Notes under the pieces: model-generated | The model's input: only the letters and a program-made list of their open reading frames with translations | Databases searched by the model: none | What the model was told of the DNA's origin: nothing | Made by a program: the position numbers and the translations under genes | Shown here: piece by piece, positions 56,487 through 64,000 of the stretch | How the letters are laid out: each line of letters opens with the position of its first letter | How positions within the stretch are numbered: position 1 is the first letter of the stretch | Source: Tetramitus jugosus | Taxonomy: Eukaryota > Protista > Heterolobosea | Assembly (NCBI GenBank): GCA_937625935.1 | Contig: OW569356.1 | Span: 310,001 to 374,000 of the forward strand | Length of the DNA stretch: 64,000 nucleotides | Direction of reading: 5' to 3'

Positions 56487-59400
56487 TTATTGCCCCCATC
56501 CTGAACCAGAAAAAGAGGAGAACGCACTTCCGCCACCTTTACTGGCAAAGGAAGAGAAGCCGCTGTTTCCTGAGCCCAGGGGTTGCAGAGTTGATCCTGT
56601 GTTGGCACCAAAGGAGCCAGTGAATGAACCATTGTCAGCTGTGTTGTTTTGTTGAGAAAAACTGGAAGCCCCGAACCCACTACCTCCAAAGGACGAGGAT
56701 GTCAAATTTGATGACGAACTACTCGTGTCCGTCTGCGAGAAACTGGTTGTTCCGAAACCACCAGAAGCTCCACTCATACTGAAGCCTGAGGAACCAAATC
56801 CACTCGAGGTTTGTTGTTGATTTCCAAAGGAATTAGTTGAATCAGGGGTTGGGTTGGATGCAAATGCCGAAGAAAAACTTCCTCCAGAGAGAGATGATCC
56901 TGATGATCCAAAGCCTCCATAGTTTGAGAAATCATGAGTACTGCCTGAACTTGAAGGGAACCCAGAACTGGATCCCAGCGGCTGAAGTTGTGAGTTAGTC
57001 GTGCTGCCAAATGATCCAGAACCAAACATTGATGTAGAATCCTTTGTCGTATTATCTTGAGAAGAACCGAACCCACTTAAAAAAGATGATGATGAGTCAG
57101 TGCTGGCACCAAATCCGGTCATTCCAAAAGATGAACCAAAACCGCTAGTGCCACTAGCGGAAAGGGGTTGTGATGCAGTTGTATTCTTTTGTGAGGCAAA
57201 TCCACTCGAACCAAAACCAGAGCTCTGGTTAGACTTCTCAAATTCGTTGGATTCAAACGCTGACGCAAAACTTCCACCAGAAAATGATGAACCAGTTGAT
57301 CCAAAGCTACCAAAGCTTCCAAAATCATGAGTACTTGCGGTGTTCGAAGCACCTGCTGAGCTCAGAGGTTGATACGGCGTTGTGGAAGCAAATGAACTGG
57401 AAGAGAGCGATGTAGCTGGCTCCTTCTTATTAGAATCACTTCCTAAGCTTGAAGAGAATCCAGCACCTGAATCCAGAGGCTGAAGTTGTGAGTTTGTGGT
57501 GGGTCCAAATGAGCCAGAAAACAATGATGAAGTTGGCTCCTGCTTATCAGATGAACTAAAAGTACCAAATCCACTTGATGAAGGAAATGTTGAGTCAGTC
57601 TTGGTTGGTTCTGTCGCACCCAATAGAGATGTTCCAAAACTTTCAGTAGGTTTTGTCGTTGAACTGAGACTGCTCTCTGAACTTTCTCCACTTGAATCAA
57701 GCAAACTTGATGCAAAAGAATTGAATGAGAAATTCTCTTTCTGAGGTTGCTCTTGAGTCTTGGACTCAGAGACTGTAGAATCTTGCTTGTCTGTTGTCGT
57801 GAAAGAAGGAAAACTAAATCCGCTGGACCTTGTCTGGGATAGAGTTGTCGTTAAATCATTTGTTTGTTGTAGCTTTTCGGGTTCTTTGGATATTATCGGA
57901 GTGGATTTTGATTCAGTTGACTTCTTCGAGTCAACACCCGGTGTACTAAATGAATCCAATGCACTACCAAATGACGTACCGAGATCGAACGTTGATTGTT
58001 GAGATAATGGTGCTGAAGTTGTGCTTGTGACTGCTTCTGTGAAAGCGGATCCGCTCGCGGCAAAGCTACTCGTGGATTCAGATTTCATTCCAAAAGGAGA
58101 ACCAAAGAAGTTAAGGCCAGTAGAAGCGCTGGTTGTAGATGTTGGTTGAATGTTATCTTCTGTGACGGTGATGTCCTCAGACTCCTCGTATGGTGATACT
58201 TTCTCTGATTCTACGATCTCTTCTTCAGGTTCTTCAATATCGTCAGAGAACATCACATTTTTGGCCGCGTGATCTTGGTTACTAAAAGAGGCACCAAATC
58301 CATAAGGCTGTGCGTTATCTCCACCTCCAAAAGAAAATGAGTTTTTGGAAGAGAAGTCCTGGGATGTCATCGATGGTTTTGTGATTTTTGTTTCAGGCAA
58401 GGATGGGACATCATCTTGTTCTTCGTCACTCGGAATGGTAGAAACTGAATCATCACTATCTTGAATTTCGTCTTCTTCCTCTTCCTCATTTGTCCAACTT
58501 TGATCTTCTTCATCTTCTTCGTCTGGTGAGCTGTAATATGGGACATCACTCTTGTCCTTAACGAAAAAATAACTCTGTTGGACTTGTAGGTATCGAATTT
58601 GATCAACACTCTCAATAATTGATGAATTTGGAGACTCAACACTCACAACTAGTCGCTTGTTAGAGATCAGAGATTTCAATCGATCAATGTCATGGGGCGG
58701 CGTTCTGAATGAATTCACACTAGGACCAAGTTGAGGCTGATCTGTCTTTGTTGATAACTTACCACTCAACCTATCACGCAATTGAGCGATTCTTTCAGTT
58801 TGTTCACGTGATCTTTGTTCATCCTGTTCTACTCTGTGTTTGAGGAAATGAAGTCCGGCTTGGTGAGATGAATTGTTGATATAATAGTGAACCTGCTCCA
58901 TCAGACTTTCAACTTTCTTTCTCTTTGCAGCTAATTCCTCCATTTTCTGTTTATCTGCACGCTCTATCAATTCCTGTTGATTTCCACTGTTTTCCATGAT
59001 CATCCGAGCGTGCGCAGCTTCCGTTTGGTTACAACTCAATGTGTTCTTTACATCCATGACACGCTCCACAAGTATTTCCAGCTTTTCGCTCACTTTCAAA
59101 CCTTTCATTTCCTCAGTCACCTTGTCAAGGTTTTCATTAGCATACTGAGACTTCATGTGCTTAAAAAGATGAATTCCTTCGTTGAGTTTCTGTTTCGTAA
59201 CATCAACTTTTTGTATCTGAGATTCCAAGAATTCTAACAGTTTGAGTTCATTTTGATGAGCGATAGAGGTTGAAGAATACTCTGCCCTATTGATAGTTGT
59301 TCGCTTCTTGGTAGGTAGCTTTGGTACTATGCGCTCTAGCATTCCCAGCTCCGTAGTGCTCTCTCGCTTTGCCTTTTTAACCTTCTTCTTCCTTATTGTG

Positions 59401-61257
59401 GGCACTTTGTGACTTGGTTTAGCAAAATTGTCGGTGTCAGAGCTCTTGGTTTGTTGATTGTTGGCTGAGAACGCACCAGTGAATGAAAATGATGTCTGTT
59501 CTTGAGAATATTCATCCTTGTGTTTCATTCCGTCGATCGCTGGTGATTGTTTTGGAGGAGTGAAGAGATTGCTTGGTTGAGTAAATGTTCCTTTTTGCTC
59601 TTGATCTCCAAAAGAGAATGAAAATGACGATTGATTTGGACCTAGTGGTGTACTAGGCATAGGTGTTTCTTCTTCTTCCTCTTCTTCCACAAAAGTGAAC
59701 GGCAGAGGTGTTTCAAACGCAACGTTTGATTCGGGCAATGGATTTCTCGATAACAACGCATATGATAGCAATTCACCACTGGAGCCCAAGATGATCACAA
59801 GAGGAACATTCTTCATTTTTCGCTCTTCCACAAACGCTGTGGTTGATACTTCACCCTGATACGAATAATCAACTACCATGCCGAACACTGAAACTTCTTC
59901 ATTGTTACTCATTGGCAAACGCAACTGATACTTTTCGTTTGAAATCTCCAAAACGGACCATGAAGAATTTTCTTCATCCGACTGTGGCATATTCTGTTTT
60001 GCAATCATTACAAGTGAGTCAGTTGTGGATGCTGTTAAAATACTCGATGTTCGCTTCTCAAAGCATCCAATGATCCTTGATTCATTGTCCTCAAAATCGC
60101 GCAAGTCATAGGGAATATCAGCGTAGCATGTAATGTGATCAAGTGGTAACTGAGAACTATGCGATAGCACATGGCTCAAATTCACAATATAAGGCACGAC
60201 TGACGTTGCTGTCTCATCGTCGTCAAATCTCTTGACAATGGCCATACAAAGCAAATAATTTTCAGACACCCAAATGACCTCTCGTATTTCGTGCTCAAAC
60301 TTGTGTGTCAAAATGGTTTCCAGAGCGCCATTGACTCTTTTCAGAATGACGAGCAATGATTGACAAGAGAGAGCGATACGTCCTTCATGATCACTCGACA
60401 CTAGACACACACACACACAAACACACACATACAAGACATTCATTTTCACACCACACATGAAAAAAAAACAGTTTAGCTCTCACATTCATTTTTCGTTGTG
60501 AAAAAGCTTTCATGAAACAAAAAAGCACAACTCACAAAATAGAGAGAATGAATGAATGAATAAAATAAAACATACCGTGAGTCACTATTCCTTGGCAATA
60601 TGGTTCACTCTCAACAAATTGTTGCTTCTGATGATCGAATTGATACCACAGACACCTGCCATTTGACAATGTCAAGAAAAATGATTGTTCATCGAACCAA
60701 CACGCATCCATCACATTGTCCTCTGTTGACTCATCATCGGAAACGATGGTCACCTGTGCCTGCTGGTGCTCTTGTTGATTTTCATCATCATCATGAGTGA
60801 TCCGTATCCGAAACACTGAAAACGAAGCTTGAATCGAACAAATGAGAACAAACAATTCGTCTCTAGAGTTGGAAATGGGACTGATTTTGATCAGGAGTGG
60901 TGGTGAGTGAGCCATGGATGGTGATTGATAGAGTGCATGATTGCCATGTTGACTCTTGATTTGTTCCATTCGACTATGATAGTCGACTGTTGATGTTGTT
61001 GATGATGATGTTGATGAGAGTTGATTGTGAAGATGAACAGTGGAAAAGAGAGAAAAACCATGTGTTGAACCACATGCCAAGAGACCAGTGTCATGATTAA
61101 TGTCCAACAAATTGAATCTCTTGGTGTACATTGTTTGAATCAATGCTTGGAAACTAAAGGGCTGTTGATGATCTAGAATGGTTGGAATTTTTGGGTTCGT
61201 GTTGGGTAGGAATTGGAAGGCAAAGTCTTCCGTTTGTTCGTTGGGTGCCTCTTGCAT
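56487..61257 (-). CDS. NUP214/Nup159-like FG nucleoporin (N-terminal beta-propeller, coiled coil, C-terminal FG repeats); intron 60401-60575
   Basis: A phase-1 GTATGT...TAG intron joins the two ORFs. Beta-rich N-terminus, central coiled coil, and many SFG/FGS/GFG repeats at the C-terminus. Confidence 0.72.
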
Positions 61258-61479
61258 CTTTGGTTCTGTTTGGTGTTGGTGTTGGTTTCACGATGATGAC
61301 TGGTTTATTCTGTTATTATTATTCTCGTTGGTTGATTTGGTTGTTTCGAATGTTTTTTTTTCTTTTGGTGTGCGAGTGAAAAATGCTGTTCTTCACATCA
61401 AGAAAAATTGGAATTTGTTGATTGCACCAAGCATTGGGCCAATGACGATTTGATTCTATGCCCGTAAATAGTCACCAGT

Positions 61480-61542
61480 TGGTTTGATGAGGTGTGACTG
61501 AAGGAAGGTTGTGAGCCGTGAATTGCTGCAAGGAATGATGGG
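61480..61542 (+). mobile_element. Decayed inverted fragment of the same non-LTR element as 62248-63196
   Basis: Matches the reverse complement of 62559-62647 with 3 C>T changes and deletions of 5 and 21 nt (WFDEV*LKEG...SRELLQGMMG). Confidence 0.9.
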
Positions 61543-61546
61543 CACC

Positions 61547-62247
61547 TTTTTTTTTCCATCCTTTATTCAAAACACTGCCATGAGTCATGATTCCGCTCAG
61601 ACCACAGTTAAGACACTTTCATCTAAACTGGCATTGTACAATTTCCTCATCACCACAGGATCTTAGTGTGAAGTGTACCACTCCTGACTTGATGATAGAA
61701 TCCTTCGACATTACAGATTCTAACCACCAATTCTTGTTCGTACCAATTGCCTCAGCTCTAGCTTTCTTAAGTTTCCTTCTCTGATGGTAGGATTGTCAAT
61801 TCTAACATCCTTCTCCGTTACAACCGATTCTCTCTGAACTCCGTCTTTCAATAAATGTGTCATCACCAGCTTGTCGACATGAAGTTCCATAGTGCTGATG
61901 ATGACACCGAGCCGTGGAGAAGTTTGGCGCACCATGCCAGGTATGAATGTTTTTGCTTCACGAAGACGAGTACTGGATTTGAAGACGCCCGACCTTACGA
62001 GCGTATGATTATGTTTGACCTCATCAAGCGTATCCAGTACCCGTGCTTCTGTGTCTCTTCCCCTGAAGCAGGCCGAAACAAGAAGCGGAAATTCTGGAAA
62101 CCATGCTTTCCTTGAAATCATTAAGGCCAATTCCACCAAGTCTCTTCCCACTGATAACAAATCGGATGGGAACCTTTTCAGAGCACCAGACCCAATCTTT
62201 CCGACCAATCCCTTCTAGCTCATTCAGCAACCTCTTTGGCCGGTGCG
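61547..62247 (-). mobile_element. Older frameshifted non-LTR retrotransposon fragment (post-RT region) with AATAAA and an A9 tail
   Basis: PKRLLNELEGIGRK...KRLGGIGLNDF matches the L1/Tx1-type 'GGLGL.D' motif. LREAKTFIP...LGVIISTME aligns with the neighbour's LKEFKHIFP...LKVLISRMD. Remnant KCLNC; T9 at 61547-61555 with TTTATT at 61562-61567. Confidence 0.7.
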
Positions 62248-63196
62248 TTTTTTTTTTTTTTTTTTTTTTTTAATACAACCATTTCGGTTGCTCTTTTTAT
62301 TGTCTTTGCTTATTCACTTGCCTACGCTCGAAGAGCGTGGGCCTGGTTAGCTTCCAGTTGGTAAGCAATGACGCCGGAAAGCGTCATTGCCGTTGATTAC
62401 ATTTATCCTTCGTTGTAATGAACAGGTGGTGGAGAGTCTTGAGACATCTCCTCTTGACACTGTTCACATATGTTTTGGCTTTCTTCTGTGCCAGTGTCTT
62501 CTTCATTCCTCCAGACACAAGGCCTTCAGCGACTTCCATGATGGCGTCCGTTTCTATACCCATCATTCCTTGCAGCAGTTCACGGCTAGACTTTTTGAGT
62601 GGTTGCCTCACAACCTTTCCTTCCTTCAGTCGCACCTCATCGAACCAGACATCGACGTAGGCAGATTCGGGGATTCCCATCTTCTTGAGCTCATGTCCCA
62701 CTTTCACAGCCAATTGCCTTCTAACCATAATGGCCCTTGGACACCTGATCAAGCAATGCAGCACACTTTCGGGCTCCTTCTGACACCAGCTGCACTTGAC
62801 CTGTTCCTCACCAGTGTTGTACATATATCGCACAACTTCTGCTGTGTGGAGTGTGCCACTGCGTACCTGTGCATGGAACCACTCCAGCTTCCTGTCTATA
62901 CCATGTGGGTATTTGATGAAGCTAAAATCTGCACCACTGTTATTTGCTGCTCTCTGTAGCCAACATCGCTCGTCTTCATCTATTCTTGCACTTCTTTCTT
63001 GATCAAACAACGACTGGAGATGCGATCTACTTTCCACATGCAGATTTCCTTTGTACAATGCCGGTTCTGCACCTTCGGCGGACATTTTCCCTCCACATCC
63101 ACATCCATCCATTCGGGATATTAACACTTTCAGCACCTCATACGACCTTGCTCCGACCTTGCAGGAGGGAAAAATATGCTTAAACTCCTTCAGACC
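62248..63196 (-). mobile_element. 5'-truncated non-LTR (LINE-like) retrotransposon: ORF2 C-terminus with CCHC zinc finger, structured 3' UTR and A24 tail
   Basis: Stop-free frame 63196-62384 with no ATG at its 5' edge; CSWCQKEPESVLHCLIRCP (C-x2-C-x8-H-x4-C); 112-nt 3' UTR with AATAAA and hairpins; T24 at 62248-62271. Confidence 0.88.
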
Positions 63197-63224
63197 TCAT
63201 AAATTAGAAAATCCTACTTAACGG

Positions 63225-63297
63225 GGCTCCTTAGCACAGGTGGCAGTGCGCTGTCCTAGTAAGACAGAGGTCACGAGTTCGAGTCTCGTAGGAGCCT
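63225..63297 (+). tRNA. tRNA-Thr(AGT)
   Basis: Cloverleaf: acceptor GGCTCCT/AGGAGCC, D arm GCAC/GTGC, anticodon arm CTGTC-CT AGT AA-GACAG, T arm ACGAG-TTCGAGT-CTCGT. Confidence 0.97.
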
Positions 63298-63307
63298 ACA
63301 GTAAACC

Positions 63308-63315
63308 TTTTCTTT
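63308..63315 (+). terminator. Pol III T-rich terminator of tRNA-Thr
   Basis: TTTTCTTT about 10 nt after the tRNA 3' end. Confidence 0.6.
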
Positions 63316-63396
63316 CGGCCACAGTCGGGTGGAACTTTTACGGCTGGTCAAAACAAAATCAATTTCTTGTCAAAGAAAGAAAAATCATTGGTCTAA

Positions 63397-64000
63397 ATGT
63401 CTGAAGCACTTGCTACAGTGTTGAGTCCAAGAGGAACGAACAGCAACATAGGTATGTTTATATTGAGTCACTTAGTACGTTGGGTCCACCATTCAACAGA
63501 AATTAATCATATGAATCTTGAAACAATTCACCGTCTTTATTCCTTGAACAATAGTCCAAGTGGGAGCAACTACCTACATTAAGTACACAGACGCCAAGAA
63601 AGCAGTGTATTTTTATGTGAAAGGAAGAGAAACAGAGAAGAAACACAGATGGAAACAGTTCTTTGATCCCAATCGAAACAAGTATTATTATTCCAACTTG
63701 GAGCACAAGAAAACAGTTTGGTACTTGCCTGATGTTGAGAAAGAAGAAGGAAATATCAAATCTCCTCCAAAAGAAGAACCGAAGAAGGAAATTCAATCGC
63801 CCATAGATGAGGTGAAGGAGCAGAAGCAAGTGGAACCAACGAACACAGAGGCATCAAAGATAGAAGCAATGGATGAGCCAATAGTTGGTTTACCAAAAAT
63901 TGATCCTCCAACTGAAGTCCATCCTCTCAAAGAACTAAAAACGGAATCGCCGAGAGAGACTGTAACAGAACTACAAGAGAAAGAAACAGATGAAAACGAA
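63397..64000 (+). CDS. WW-domain protein, 5' part (not in the ORF track); intron 63452-63554; runs off the window
   Basis: Exon 1 MSEALATVLSPRGTNSNI spliced GTATGT...TAG gives an open frame with the WW motif RWKQFFDPNRNKYYYSNLEHKKTVWYLP, followed by an E/K/P-rich tract. Confidence 0.8.

Noticed and set aside
56500-57700. Repeat array or CRISPR-like periodic sequence
   Set aside because: These are degenerate coding repeats of nucleoporin FG/S-rich motifs; there is no constant repeat-spacer structure and the context is eukaryotic.
62384-63136. 250-aa ORF as an ordinary host gene
   Set aside because: No ATG start (the frame is simply open to 63196), a CCHC finger and a genome-encoded poly(A) mark it as a retrotransposon 3' end.

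Overview
This is a very gene-dense eukaryotic window (roughly 40% GC by eye). It has short GT-AG spliceosomal introns, mostly with GTATGT or GTAAGT donors and some ACTAAC branch points, and many microsatellite-derived low-complexity N-termini. The gene content (WASP, a STAND-type hybrid histidine kinase, a flagellate-type coiled-coil protein) suggests a free-living amoeboid or flagellate protist, possibly heterolobosean; this is an inference. About 30 protein-coding genes are recognisable, including STRIP/Far11, ABCB, SNM1, CWC22, PPR, RPN13, PUS, CBS, FBPase, a mitochondrial carrier, ATG6, an FZ-CRD protein, ALG3, beta-adaptin, TTC27, WASP, CTU1, HAD, RNF121, a hybrid kinase, a NUP214-like gene and a WW protein, plus one tRNA-Thr(AGT). 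The only mobile DNA is a stack of 5'-truncated non-LTR retrotransposon pieces at 61480-63196. A young copy with a CCHC zinc finger, a hairpin-rich 3' UTR and an A24 tail begins about 28-34 bp upstream of the tRNA with its 5' end facing it. Directly behind it lies an older frameshifted relative with its own poly(A), followed by a decayed inverted fragment. This looks like a tRNA-gene-targeting retroelement system analogous to Dictyostelium TRE5 and is the top candidate. Secondary leads are a structured + strand intergenic RNA candidate, recurrent intron hairpins (including a possible AG|GT recursive splice site in ALG3), pseudo-enzymes, and convergent genes whose stop codons are 3 nt apart. All calls come from manual reading of the sequence; no searches were run.
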